Of a DNA stretch of 64,000 nucleotides, positions 26,248 through 36,709 are shown piece after piece. The position numbers were made by a program, and so were the translations under genes. This stretch comes from a virus: positions 41,169 to 105,168 of the IMG/VR virus record IMGVR_UViG_3300022927_001391. The stretch is one strand, 5' to 3'. The notes under the pieces were generated by a model, which had not been told where the DNA came from, did not search any database, and saw only the letters and a program-made list of their open reading frames with translations. The number at the start of each line of letters is the position of its first letter. The first letter of the stretch is position 1.

Positions 26248-27202
26248 GATACTGCTCCCTATTATTAATTAAAAAATTAGTTTCCTGTTCAATCCAATTG
26301 AGTGTGTTTAGACTGCGTTGGACATTCTTTCGATACACATTTCTATTATGATTAAATCTAGATTCGAGTTGAACGATATCATATTCTGTTAACGGTATTT
26401 TACTTAACCTCAATACTTCTTGCTGGAATCTCCACATACGGACATCATGATTAGACTCATTGTCAAAACTTGTATCAACAATGTTATCAAAAACATCAAA
26501 TCCTAAATTTTTAAGATACTGGTAAGTGCCCCTGGGTCCATAGATAAGAGGTATGTAGCCCCATAAAAAAGGTTTAATACTTTTTTCTGTTAATCCTATA
26601 TAATTTTCTGTACAGTAGGTTTCTGCACATACGTCAAACAAAAAGTTATGCACAGGATAGAAGTTTCCTACATTGGGACCTATATCCCTATGTACTTTGT
26701 CCTCCAAAAAGTTTTTATACGGTTGTTCTATTTCATCTTCTATATAGCCGCGCTGGCTATTATTATTATAACTTGCATATGATAAATCTAATAACTGGTT
26801 GTCTTTAAAAAAATAAAATAGTTCTTTTCTTGGCTTAGTAGGTCGGTTGTTAAGGAAACAAAAAGTTTTCTCAAGGGAGACTTTCCTAAGTTTAGGCAAC
26901 TCATCAAAAGTATGATCAAAATTTACAGCATTCTGAAATTTTAAAAATAATAATTCGGGTCTATAAACATAGTTAAAGTTTGAAAAATGATTGATAAACA
27001 GAGAGGGATAATAACAAAAACTGTACAGTCTGTAATATTTTGTGTAAAGGTTGTTTATTTTTTTGTCAGTAACCTGTTTTACCCATTCAACAATATCTTT
27101 ATCAAAATTGTCGTCCCAATGGATTAATGTTACTATACTCGACCGTTCGTTTTTCCAGTAAATATCATGGTAAATTTCAAAATTTGATAATTTAGGAATC
27201 AC
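26237..27202 (-). CDS. GT-B/GT10-like glycosyltransferase
   Basis: FLNNRP..PR, ET...TEKSIKPF, LKNLGFDVF, SFDNE. Confidence 0.55.
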   Translation of the reverse strand: MIPKLSNFEIYHDIYWKNERSSIVTLIHWDDNFDKDIVEWVKQVTDKKINNLYTKYYRLYSFCYYPSLFINHFSNFNYVYRPELLFLKFQNAVNFDHTFDELPKLRKVSLEKTFCFLNNRPTKPRKELFYFFKDNQLLDLSYASYNNNSQRGYIEDEIEQPYKNFLEDKVHRDIGPNVGNFYPVHNFLFDVCAETYCTENYIGLTEKSIKPFLWGYIPLIYGPRGTYQYLKNLGFDVFDNIVDTSFDNESNHDVRMWRFQQEVLRLSKIPLTEYDIVQLESRFNHNRNVYRKNVQRSLNTLNWIEQETNFLINNREQYLGF

Positions 27203-27662
27203 TTAATTGCTCCACTGGTATGTTACATTCCTGCAGAAACTTTAGTCCAGCATCCAGTCTATATGGATGCACATAATACACTTCACTAATGCCGCTTTGA
27301 TATAAAAGTTTAGCACATTCCATACAAGGTTGATGTGTTATAAAAGCACTGGCACCTTCGCCGCTCTCACTACAGCGAGCAAGTTTCGCGATAGCATTAG
27401 ACTCTGCATGAAGCACTTCTGGTTTAGTAACTAACTCCTTTGTTACCTCAATCTTAGATACTTTAGAAAAGACCTCATCTTCACATTCATTAGTCCAGCC
27501 GCTGGGCATCCCATTGTAGCCAATGCTAATAACACGATTGTCTTTAACAATCACACAACCAACCTTTAATCTGACAGCAGTACTACATTCAGCATATGCA
27601 AACGCTGCTTTCATGTGTGCTACTTTGTGCTTTTCTTTCACAGTCCTAAATCCATTCTCCAT
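27192..27662 (-). CDS. dCMP deaminase
   Basis: VGCVIV, GYNG.P.G, HAESNAI, PCMECAK. Confidence 0.92.
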   Translation of the reverse strand: MENGFRTVKEKHKVAHMKAAFAYAECSTAVRLKVGCVIVKDNRVISIGYNGMPSGWTNECEDEVFSKVSKIEVTKELVTKPEVLHAESNAIAKLARCSESGEGASAFITHQPCMECAKLLYQSGISEVYYVHPYRLDAGLKFLQECNIPVEQLSDS

Positions 27663-27985
27663 GGATACATCGTATAGCCAAGAGGACGTAAGACGAACTC
27701 TTCAAATAGTATAATGACAACAATACCAAATACCCATTGCACCCAACGTGGCCATGTTGCTTGCCAGCGTGTAAATGGACGTAATATCCATGCCAATATA
27801 TTGGTTACCTTGCCCCAGAACCAATCACCTACACTAAAGGGAGGAACTTTCCACAGTACTACAGGAACTATTAACCACCATACCCACTGTGGATAATCAT
27901 CATTAGGATCATCTATTACAATCATTAGAACTAGTAGTGCTAGTAGGTATGCACCGATCCATTTTTTCATATGTGCTAGGAACAT
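27638..27985 (-). CDS. Trp-rich membrane protein
   Basis: About 3 hydrophobic segments; in operon. Confidence 0.55.
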   Translation of the reverse strand: MFLAHMKKWIGAYLLALLVLMIVIDDPNDDYPQWVWWLIVPVVLWKVPPFSVGDWFWGKVTNILAWILRPFTRWQATWPRWVQWVFGIVVIILFEEFVLRPLGYTMYPWRMDLGL

Positions 27986-29502
27986 ACTCTTACTCCATAT
28001 TTCTTTTCAAAACGATTTGCGTCTGTGCGATCATTTACCATTGGCTCTCCACGAATATTAAGACTAGTGTTTAGTAGCATAGGACAGTCCGTTAACACAT
28101 ACCATTTCTCTAATAAATCTCTAGCACCCGTCTTATCATCCTTGCCCACGGTTTGCACACGGCTCGTACCGTCATGATGTACAATGGCAGGAAAACGTTC
28201 AGGGTGCTTGCACTTATAGGTATGTTGCATATATGGACTTTTATCCCCGTCCATTTTAAAATAATCTTGTGCATGTTCCTCGAGTATCATAGGCGCAAAA
28301 GGTCTAAACTTTTGTCTACGTTTGATTTCGTTTACGCGGTCCTTGATATCTGCACCACGTGGATCAGCAAGTAGACTACGATTACCTAGGGCACGTGGAC
28401 CAAACTCTGCACGACCACTTGCAACTCCTACAATACCTTCACGCTGTAGCTCACCAATAATCTCTTCACTTGGATATTCTCCAGGAATGTTTGTGCCTAA
28501 ATACGGCCCTTGCCAGTTTAACTGTTTACCATATGCTAGCGCGGCTGCGCCTAGACTTGAACCACAGTCTCCTGGATTAGGCATAATCCACATATCATTC
28601 CATATATCTCTGATGTGACTGTTTGCCACACAATTAAGAGCAACTCCACCCATGAACACACAATTTTGTAAGTGTAAACCCCAACGTGTGCCTGCAAGTT
28701 GTCGCATAAAAGTTCCTAAAAAACGTTCTGTGGTTAACTGAGTTGCACGAGCAAGAGTCTCTTTGCCGTATTCAGCACCAAACTCGTATTCTATGCCTGT
28801 ATGAAAGTTTCGTTTAAATTTTTGTTTGTGATCCTGATCAATAGCCATTTCCCATACGTCACGATATGCATCTTTTTTACCGTATGCAGCCATACCCATT
28901 AGAATGTATTCTTCTTCCATAGGCTTCAAGCCTACACGATGTGTCATAGCACTATAAAATAAACCTAGACTATGAGGATAAAGCTGACGATATAATCTTT
29001 GATATTGTGCATGACCATCGTCGTCATACCAAGCTCGCCATGCTGTAATAGTATCCCATTCTCCTATGGCATCGATGACGACAACCATTGCTTCTTCAAA
29101 TGGGCTAGTTTGAAATCCTGCTGCTGCATGACTCAAGTGATGGCTGTATGTACGAATTCTTCTAGTAGGTCGACTGTCCATGCTAACAGATGTTGGCATA
29201 ACATCATTGAGGTAAGGACTTAGATGTGCCCTAGGACTTTTATCGTTCAAAGCCTTTCGCCATTCACCGCTATAAATTTGACGTGTCTTTTTTAGCCAAG
29301 GACGTTCATACCATGCAATTACATCAGGCATCCCGTATCCTAGTGCCTCTTGCATAATGCCATCATTAAGTTCAGCATCATTTTTAATTTTGCTATAGCG
29401 TTCGCTATGACCAGCAAATAATATATTGCCGTTACCGTCTACAACACTCACACCAGCATCATGAAAGCCGGCGCTCACACCCATGTATGTTTTAATTTTC
29501 AT
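27976..29502 (-). CDS. O-carbamoyltransferase (NodU/CmcH/TobZ family)
   Basis: GFHDAG, HHLSHAA, DAIGE, MGMAAYG, GGVALNC, GDCGSSLGAA, EFGPRALGNRS, FRPFAP, DGTSRVQTV, LNTSLN..GEP. Confidence 0.93.
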   Translation of the reverse strand: MKIKTYMGVSAGFHDAGVSVVDGNGNILFAGHSERYSKIKNDAELNDGIMQEALGYGMPDVIAWYERPWLKKTRQIYSGEWRKALNDKSPRAHLSPYLNDVMPTSVSMDSRPTRRIRTYSHHLSHAAAGFQTSPFEEAMVVVIDAIGEWDTITAWRAWYDDDGHAQYQRLYRQLYPHSLGLFYSAMTHRVGLKPMEEEYILMGMAAYGKKDAYRDVWEMAIDQDHKQKFKRNFHTGIEYEFGAEYGKETLARATQLTTERFLGTFMRQLAGTRWGLHLQNCVFMGGVALNCVANSHIRDIWNDMWIMPNPGDCGSSLGAAALAYGKQLNWQGPYLGTNIPGEYPSEEIIGELQREGIVGVASGRAEFGPRALGNRSLLADPRGADIKDRVNEIKRRQKFRPFAPMILEEHAQDYFKMDGDKSPYMQHTYKCKHPERFPAIVHHDGTSRVQTVGKDDKTGARDLLEKWYVLTDCPMLLNTSLNIRGEPMVNDRTDANRFEKKYGVRVCS

Positions 29503-29600
29503 TTGTAAATAAAAGGATCTCTTTTACGTAGTTCTTTTAGTCGCTTGCGATACTGTATCTCAAGTTTAATTCTATTAATAAGGTTGCGAATCCATTTCAT
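29499..29600 (-). CDS. 33-aa basic micropeptide ending RDPFIYK
   Basis: Hand translation MKWIRNLINRIKLEIQYRKRLKELRKRDPFIYK*; TAATG overlap upstream and ATGA overlap with the carbamoyltransferase. Confidence 0.75.
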   Translation of the reverse strand: MKWIRNLINRIKLEIQYRKRLKELRKRDPFIYK

Positions 29601-30670
29601 TATAATAATCCTAGTGCTTGCATCTGCACATTTTCATAGTCTTCATCGTCTACAGTATAATTAAAGTAGTAGGGAACACCATCTACTTCAATAATATGTA
29701 TGTTTAAGAGAGGGCTCATCATATCCCAAATCTGTTCAGGATCGGTTGTTCCAAAACTACTTAGTACATCTACTTGCCCTAGTGGCAAATAACCTAAACT
29801 AAGCATGGGATCATTTATGTCTTTACTGTTTTCTGTAAGCCAAGAGTAATACTTGTCCATAGTACTATCATGCCAGGGTTGATCACCACCACGTACTACA
29901 TCACGACCCCATTCAATATCAAACTCTCCGCTATAATATTTTAAATCTGTAATTGCTTCGCATACAGCATTGGTAAGTTTAGGCGCACCTTCATCACGGA
30001 AAACTTCGAAGTATGTTTTACCGATCTGACACCAGTGCATATAAACACCACCAAATACACGATCATATCCGTTAGTTATAAATCCATCGCGATATTCGTC
30101 TTGTAAATGTAAGCGTGGAGCATTTAAAAATGTAGTGATCTGGCTAGGACGAGTCCAGTAGGGATTACGCTCATGCTTTACACGACTAAGAATATACGAT
30201 TCCATTTCGTGGCACAGATTATTCAATTGTCTGATACTATACTTTACATATGGGTTAGCTTCATGATAGTACTGGCTCATGTTGCCAACCGTGCCTTGTA
30301 ATATTTCAAAATGATTGTGTAGCATATTAAACGTGTCGTGTTTAATATACTCAGGATCTTTATCAAACTTATATTTGTCTGGATGGTACCAAACAGTATC
30401 CAGAGTATACTCTTCATCAATATTATATTTTAGAGGGCTCCTATTAATACGAGTAATATGCCGATTAAGGTCAGATAGCATTGCTTCCAGACCACGTGTC
30501 TGTTTTGGAAACCCCATAAAGCAAAAGTTCTTTTCCAAGTGTAGCCCACGCTCGAGAATATCTACTAGAGCAGACTTCCATGCACGAGCCAAGGGAATAT
30601 CGTGGGGAGTTATTGTGTAGTCTAACTCACCGCCACCTTTGTAAGGGCTTTTAAGAACTACTCGTATCAA
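29600..30670 (-). CDS. Conserved hypothetical protein (His/Glu motifs)
   Basis: LHNHFE, LNNLCHEME; in operon. Confidence 0.65.
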   Translation of the reverse strand: MIRVVLKSPYKGGGELDYTITPHDIPLARAWKSALVDILERGLHLEKNFCFMGFPKQTRGLEAMLSDLNRHITRINRSPLKYNIDEEYTLDTVWYHPDKYKFDKDPEYIKHDTFNMLHNHFEILQGTVGNMSQYYHEANPYVKYSIRQLNNLCHEMESYILSRVKHERNPYWTRPSQITTFLNAPRLHLQDEYRDGFITNGYDRVFGGVYMHWCQIGKTYFEVFRDEGAPKLTNAVCEAITDLKYYSGEFDIEWGRDVVRGGDQPWHDSTMDKYYSWLTENSKDINDPMLSLGYLPLGQVDVLSSFGTTDPEQIWDMMSPLLNIHIIEVDGVPYYFNYTVDDEDYENVQMQALGLL

Positions 30671-31949
30671 TGCTTGCCCACCATTGCTTTAGTTTACCAT
30701 ACACCCAAGGATCATTACCAATTCTTAAGGTATCTATAAACTTTAAACCACTCCTACGACTGTCGTATAGGTCCATTCGTTTTTTGGCTTTTCGTCTAGC
30801 CTCTTGATATGTGTCGGGATACTCTTCAGCAAACGTAGGCCGATTGAGTAAGTTTACCAACACATCATGCATTGCCCCATTGGTTAGAGGAAGTACACGA
30901 TTTATTATAGCATGAAGCTCTTGCTTGGGCAAGAATAAAGGAGACATTGCAATATCTGGCGTAAACGCAAAACACACCTTTACTAATAGATCCACATTTA
31001 ACTCATTGGCTAGCTCTTGTATTTTTAGAATTTGGCCTAGTCCAGGCGTAGTTAGTGTAAAGTCCAGTCGCATTTGTCTACGATGCTTGCTATGTTCTAA
31101 ACCTTGCTTGAAGTTTTCTATAAACTTGTTATAGTTTAATCCAGTACGTATGTACTCTCCAACCTCACCAACACCGTCAAGGCTAGCACAGATTTGCCAG
31201 TCTCTTACCTTCGCAAGTATGTCAGTATAAAGGTTGCAACCACCTAACTCAATACGGCTAAGGTTGGTATTGTACCTAGCGTATATACGTGGACCATCTC
31301 CAAGTTCTATAATGCGTTGCATATACCGCCAGTGCTGTTCATACATAAGTGGCTCTCCGCCCACCCAGTATATTTCCTCAACGCGATGTTCCTCGACTGC
31401 ACTAGCAAACTCCTGTTCTACAGTATCTTTTTGAAACTGGTCAATGGCTTGCTTTACAGATGTTTCCATCCAAGGTTCTATTTTACCATCCATACGTGCT
31501 TCTGCTTCCCAACTGCTACTCAGCATTGGACCGCACATACGACACTTAAAGTTGCATAGGTTAGTAAAACGATAGTCCCAACTAACAGGCTGCATACTAG
31601 TATAGCCTGTGTCATCCGTTGTTCGTGCTATGTCATCATACTTGTGTTTGAATAAATGCCAAAAGTAATCACGGTAAACATCTGTGTTAAGTAACTTCTT
31701 GTCACATACTTCACACTCAGGTGGTAGTTCGTTTGCTAGCATTTGACGTCGTACTCTGCGAATATGTTCGCCATTCCACCATTCTTCTAGTGTTTGTGGC
31801 ACATATTCATTTGTGCCATCAGCAGTGTCTATATACTGACGGAAGTTTTGTGCAGGTTCTCTGCTAGCACAACATAACCTACGCTCTGTCTGTGGACTTA
31901 GATAGGTATGCGTCCAGGGAGCCATACATAGGTTATCTGGTTTATCCAT
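30651..31949 (-). CDS. Radical SAM protein with N-terminal SPASM/twitch-like domain
   Basis: CMAPW..CC..CEVC; CNFKCRMC; GGEP; YNTN. Confidence 0.88.
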   Translation of the reverse strand: MDKPDNLCMAPWTHTYLSPQTERRLCCASREPAQNFRQYIDTADGTNEYVPQTLEEWWNGEHIRRVRRQMLANELPPECEVCDKKLLNTDVYRDYFWHLFKHKYDDIARTTDDTGYTSMQPVSWDYRFTNLCNFKCRMCGPMLSSSWEAEARMDGKIEPWMETSVKQAIDQFQKDTVEQEFASAVEEHRVEEIYWVGGEPLMYEQHWRYMQRIIELGDGPRIYARYNTNLSRIELGGCNLYTDILAKVRDWQICASLDGVGEVGEYIRTGLNYNKFIENFKQGLEHSKHRRQMRLDFTLTTPGLGQILKIQELANELNVDLLVKVCFAFTPDIAMSPLFLPKQELHAIINRVLPLTNGAMHDVLVNLLNRPTFAEEYPDTYQEARRKAKKRMDLYDSRRSGLKFIDTLRIGNDPWVYGKLKQWWASIDTSSS

Positions 31950-32925
31950 TTATAAACTCTAGTATTTTTTCTTTAGTTTGCATGTTGCGTTTGTTAATCA
32001 CATCAAAAAACTTATTGTAAAAATAGTCATAATTATAATCAACTTGATCCTGTTGGTCGAGATCAAAACTAAAGTTGCTTATTAAGTTTTTGACATAATC
32101 AACTCTTTCGAAATCCCATTCTTCGTCCCAATTAATACCAAAATAATCTTCAAACGTTTCAAATCCTAATCCACGTAACCGTGCGTAGCCTAATCTTTGT
32201 CCAGTCATTACAAACATACTCTTTGATACTATTGGTTTAATAATTTTTTCTGTCAAATAACCATGCAATCTGTTATCATGACTATTGCATAAACTTTCAT
32301 TTGTCCAAATTAATTTGCAATCATTACAAATTACATTGTCAGTTGACCATTGATCTCCGGCGATACTGCGTTTTGGTATATTATATTTTGACTGATACGT
32401 CGGGTTAACCGGGTTTTCCAACCACGTATACTGTGTATCAGGATAATTATCCAACAGATGTTTGAGTATTTCCTCTTTATGCCAATCAGCTCTACGATTT
32501 AGACAACCAAATGTATATTGCCTTTGGTTTAAATTCTTTCTTGGTATTTTTGCAAACCATTTAAAATTAGGATGTGTATACCAGTGTAAATGTTCCATAT
32601 GAAAATATGTTACATCTAAGGTGTTCACAGTGTCACCTAAATGTTGACTTGTTATTATAATTTTTCTGCCGGTATACTTCTTTATGGTGTCTACCAAGTC
32701 AATATTCTCACATTCGCCTAAATTTGTTATAATATAGGTATCGTAACCTTTGGGGGGCGGCTTTTGACTCCAATCTCCTGTCATTACAAGATACGTATTG
32801 GTTTTATCTGTGACGTGTTTTAAAAATTCTAGATCTGTGCCACACTCTTGATAATATTTTCCAAATTCATAATTGTCTAGTGTACCATTATACAAGGTAA
32901 AGCCTAATATTTCCCATTCATTCAT
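31942..32925 (-). CDS. GT-B/GT10-like glycosyltransferase
   Basis: CLNRR, TEKIIKPI, LRGLGFETF. Confidence 0.55.
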   Translation of the reverse strand: MNEWEILGFTLYNGTLDNYEFGKYYQECGTDLEFLKHVTDKTNTYLVMTGDWSQKPPPKGYDTYIITNLGECENIDLVDTIKKYTGRKIIITSQHLGDTVNTLDVTYFHMEHLHWYTHPNFKWFAKIPRKNLNQRQYTFGCLNRRADWHKEEILKHLLDNYPDTQYTWLENPVNPTYQSKYNIPKRSIAGDQWSTDNVICNDCKLIWTNESLCNSHDNRLHGYLTEKIIKPIVSKSMFVMTGQRLGYARLRGLGFETFEDYFGINWDEEWDFERVDYVKNLISNFSFDLDQQDQVDYNYDYFYNKFFDVINKRNMQTKEKILEFING

Positions 32926-34060
32926 AACCTATTAATCTCGCAACTTCTGGATGTGTATCTGCAAAACTTACGCCTCTAAACTTATCTGTCTCACGTATTT
33001 TTGCAAATATCTTCTCTGGATCAATTACAGGCTGAGAAAGTGTAATTGCTTTAATACTACGGATCTGATCTGCATAGTCACTGTGCATAACTATTGCCTT
33101 GTCTAGTCTATGCATAAACTCTGCATGTGCATCGCGAGGTAGATTGAGTAAACTATACTCCTCAGGATCATGCATTAGATTAAAGTGTATGTCATCTATT
33201 CCACTCTGCTTTGCCCAGTTAAGTATCTCAGTCATGTAATAAGTGTTCTGTAGATTCCAAGTAATACACAACTGCAAACTAAATGGATAGCCTTGTTCCT
33301 TCATTTCAATGAAACGTTTGATATTACGATTTACTGTACGCCACTTTGCGCCATCACGTTCATACTCAAAACGTTTGCCGGTATTGTCTATGCTAAATGC
33401 AATCTGTACATGTTTAAAGTGCCGCCATACTTCATGCTGTTTGGGGAACTGTGTGCCATTTGTGTTATAGTGGATGTCAATCTCGCCTGCATGCCCCTGA
33501 TCCACTGCACGTTGTAGTAAATCAAAATGCTGTTTAATAAGGAAAGGTTCACCTCCAGTAAATTCAAAGTACTTTAGATTTGGTAGTAGGCTATCCAAAT
33601 TGTCCCAAAAACCTTGACTGCGTCTTGGCCATTGGCCCTCTCGTAACCACTGCTTGGCAATATGCTTGTCCCCAAACTGTGCAATTTGTTCTTGTGCCCA
33701 TTTACTGCTACTCCAACTGCCGCATATGCGACATTTAAGATTACAGATGTTGCCTAGTTTAAGATCAAGGAATATTAGGTCAGGTTCAAAAGGTACGTGC
33801 TTAAACTTTTCCAACATGTATTCACGCTTGGACTTTTTTCCAGCCGTTTCTTCAATCCAACAGCGTTCACACTGTTCAGGCTGTTTACCTTGTTCAAAAG
33901 TTTCTCGCAACTCTTGCATTGCACTGCTGTTAAATGCTTCTTCTAAAGTATGTGTACGCAAGTTTAATCCAGGTAGTTCACCTTTGTACAAACAACAGGG
34001 ACGAACACCGCCTAGTGGTGTTGTTTCCAAACTAATCCATGGCAGTATACATTTATGCAT
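32918..34060 (-). CDS. Radical SAM protein with N-terminal SPASM/twitch-like domain
   Basis: Start reassigned to MHKCILPW; PCC, CERC, CNLKCRIC, GGEPF, YNTNGT. Confidence 0.88.
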   Translation of the reverse strand: MHKCILPWISLETTPLGGVRPCCLYKGELPGLNLRTHTLEEAFNSSAMQELRETFEQGKQPEQCERCWIEETAGKKSKREYMLEKFKHVPFEPDLIFLDLKLGNICNLKCRICGSWSSSKWAQEQIAQFGDKHIAKQWLREGQWPRRSQGFWDNLDSLLPNLKYFEFTGGEPFLIKQHFDLLQRAVDQGHAGEIDIHYNTNGTQFPKQHEVWRHFKHVQIAFSIDNTGKRFEYERDGAKWRTVNRNIKRFIEMKEQGYPFSLQLCITWNLQNTYYMTEILNWAKQSGIDDIHFNLMHDPEEYSLLNLPRDAHAEFMHRLDKAIVMHSDYADQIRSIKAITLSQPVIDPEKIFAKIRETDKFRGVSFADTHPEVARLIGYE

Positions 34061-35366
34061 AGTCTTGTAATCTTTCGAGTTCAGGGAATACGCTGAAGAA
34101 ACTTTCATTGCGCCAACGATCAAGTTCCTTAGCCCGCATAACAAACTCATGAATGAGCTTGCTGTTATCAGTTGTTTGCATATACTTTACTGCACTCTTA
34201 AACCCATTTGTAGCTCTTGTTAAATGATCCTGCGGTTCAAGCCATGCAATATGTTCATTGTATATATCTACTAGTTCAGTCTTCATGTCATTGGGTAGTA
34301 CATCCAAACGGAAACGCACAGGATCTTGTAATATATTAACATTCCAATCACTGGGTTTGACTAGTCCTAGCTCTACCCATTCTCTATGAAAGTTAACAAT
34401 ATTATAACTGTTCATCAGGCTTAGTGTTGAACTTACATAAAAATCTACAGTAGGACACTTCTCTAGCATACGTTCTCTGTTTGCTACAATCTTACTCCAC
34501 TCTGTACCTTTACGCATGAGCTCACCACGTGCATAGTTTGCATCCAAACTTGCCCCAATGCTTACAATGTCAAACTCATTCCACATGTCCAGCACATCCT
34601 GCTGTTTGAATACTAGCTCTGTAAAGTTTGTATTGTAGTTTAGTCTAACATCTGTGCGGCCTCTGCGTAATAGTTCACGAAGCAATTTGTAATGCTCTGC
34701 CATCATTAGTGGTTCACCACCTGCAAAGTAAATGTTTTCTATGCTGTCTATGTGTGGTTCTAACTGTTCCCACATGTCCATTTCGTAGCGTCCTGCGTAC
34801 TGCACGTTGGGATGATCCTGTGGTAACCAACTCATCTTCTTTGCTTCTTTTACCCAGTTGCTGCTAAAAATATCACCGCATGTACGACAAGCTAGGTTAC
34901 ATAAATTACTAAAGCGTATGTCATAGTACTTGAGTTCAAAACGATCTAGTGTTCCGTCATCTAGTGTTTCATCTACAACCGCAATGTGATGACCTTCATT
35001 TTTGTTTTGACTGTAGCGCATGCTAACAAAGCCTGCTGCTTCCTGTTCATAACATTTGGTACACTGTTTGCAAGGTTTATCTGCTAACATGTTACGACGC
35101 ATTTCACGTAATGGTTCGTCGTTCCATACTTCAGCCATAGTCTGTTCACGCAGGTTACCAACTGGATGTTCCATTAGTCCCAAGCAACAAGGATAGGCAC
35201 GGCCATCTGGAAACGCATGCAAGTGAATCCATGGCAGTATACAAAATGATTCACTGGTTAACAGTCTGTCACGCTGCACGTCTGTAAGATCTTCTACATC
35301 AATGTACACAGGTTTACGTGTATGATAATCGTAGTTTTTATAATAATTTTCTAATTTGTCTGTCAT
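34053..35366 (-). CDS. Radical SAM protein with N-terminal SPASM/twitch-like domain
   Basis: FCILPW, PCC, CTKC, CNLACRTC, GGEP, YNTN. Confidence 0.88.
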   Translation of the reverse strand: MTDKLENYYKNYDYHTRKPVYIDVEDLTDVQRDRLLTSESFCILPWIHLHAFPDGRAYPCCLGLMEHPVGNLREQTMAEVWNDEPLREMRRNMLADKPCKQCTKCYEQEAAGFVSMRYSQNKNEGHHIAVVDETLDDGTLDRFELKYYDIRFSNLCNLACRTCGDIFSSNWVKEAKKMSWLPQDHPNVQYAGRYEMDMWEQLEPHIDSIENIYFAGGEPLMMAEHYKLLRELLRRGRTDVRLNYNTNFTELVFKQQDVLDMWNEFDIVSIGASLDANYARGELMRKGTEWSKIVANRERMLEKCPTVDFYVSSTLSLMNSYNIVNFHREWVELGLVKPSDWNVNILQDPVRFRLDVLPNDMKTELVDIYNEHIAWLEPQDHLTRATNGFKSAVKYMQTTDNSKLIHEFVMRAKELDRWRNESFFSVFPELERLQDYA

Positions 35367-36709
35367 AGACTGTTATACCATTCAGCTAATTCTGGGAAAG
35401 TCTCAGTAAAGTTTTTATTCCTGCGCACATCATACTGCCTATAAAACTTTTTAAAGTCGTTGTGTAGTTTAGGCATTTCAAACGCTTCACTATGCGGCGT
35501 TTCTACTGTACGCAAATATGTTACCAGTCGTTCCAACTGTCCTTGTTCAAACTGATGCATTGGCGTGCTGCGGTTAAGGTACTTGGGTGCCCAACGTTTG
35601 TATAAGTCTTCTAGTCTATCAGCGTGACGATTACGAATATCATTAGGAAGTACTAAGGGCGACTGAAAACTTGGAAAGCGTAATATATTTAAACTGAATA
35701 CTGCAAAGTTATTTCCTAACAGTTTTCTTGCTTGTAATATTTGATCGATTAGATCCGGTAGTGTTTCTAAACACAATGCGTTAATGGTCATCATACAATG
35801 TGTACCGATGCCTGCCTCACTTAATTTACAAATATTTTCCCACCAGTATTCAAAGTCCAAACCATCACGAATATATTCTGCTCTTGCACTAGTGCTTTCA
35901 CAACTTGTATAAACATCCAAACTAGGCAAATAACTACGTGCGCTTATTAGTCTATCAATGAATTCCTGCTTACCGCCTAAGTTACTATTAATAGCAAGTT
36001 TGGTTTGACTTTTGTCTACGTTAGCTTTGAACCAATCTATCAAACGCCACAAGTCTGCACTCATTGTTGGCTCACCGCCGGTTACTCGTAGTTCACGTAG
36101 TGTACTGTGGAGATCAGTTTCCCACCATTTAAAAAATGCTTCTACGTAAGGATTTCTATCCTCCACCCCATAAAGCTGGCTACTACTATGAACGTGAGTA
36201 AAGTGGTTGCGGCCATCACTAACAAGGCCTTGATAACTACCATTTGTTTTTAAGTCCTTTACCCATGTGCTACTAAAAGCAGGATTACAATAACTGCAAG
36301 CAAAATTGCAGGTACGATCAAAGGCAATTTCGAGTGTTCGGAGATTGACGTCACTATCATGCGGGCTATTTCGCGCATCTTGTAATTCCTCATCAGTATA
36401 TATCTTACTTTTGTATACACGGTCACTTATAAAGTTAGAACCCATGTCCTCTATTTTCCAACAGTATTCACAACCCTGTGGTCGTTCCCCACACTGCATT
36501 TGTCGTCTTTGTTCTTTTTTCTCCGGTGTATTATGTAACAGTTTTGGGTTTGCTTCTACCTCAACAGGATCTACTTTATGTGGCAATGGATGATGGCAAC
36601 TGGTGGTCATGCCACTACCTAACCATATGGTGGCATTGTACCACTTAGCACCGCAGAAGGTCGGACTAAGTTTATCGAGGACCTGCTGCTTGTAGGTTAG
36701 ATCATCCAT
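35363..36709 (-). CDS. Radical SAM protein (twitch-like, AKW subtype)
   Basis: FCGAKW, SCHHP, CEYCW, CNFACSYC, GGEP. Confidence 0.88.
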   Translation of the reverse strand: MDDLTYKQQVLDKLSPTFCGAKWYNATIWLGSGMTTSCHHPLPHKVDPVEVEANPKLLHNTPEKKEQRRQMQCGERPQGCEYCWKIEDMGSNFISDRVYKSKIYTDEELQDARNSPHDSDVNLRTLEIAFDRTCNFACSYCNPAFSSTWVKDLKTNGSYQGLVSDGRNHFTHVHSSSQLYGVEDRNPYVEAFFKWWETDLHSTLRELRVTGGEPTMSADLWRLIDWFKANVDKSQTKLAINSNLGGKQEFIDRLISARSYLPSLDVYTSCESTSARAEYIRDGLDFEYWWENICKLSEAGIGTHCMMTINALCLETLPDLIDQILQARKLLGNNFAVFSLNILRFPSFQSPLVLPNDIRNRHADRLEDLYKRWAPKYLNRSTPMHQFEQGQLERLVTYLRTVETPHSEAFEMPKLHNDFKKFYRQYDVRRNKNFTETFPELAEWYNSL

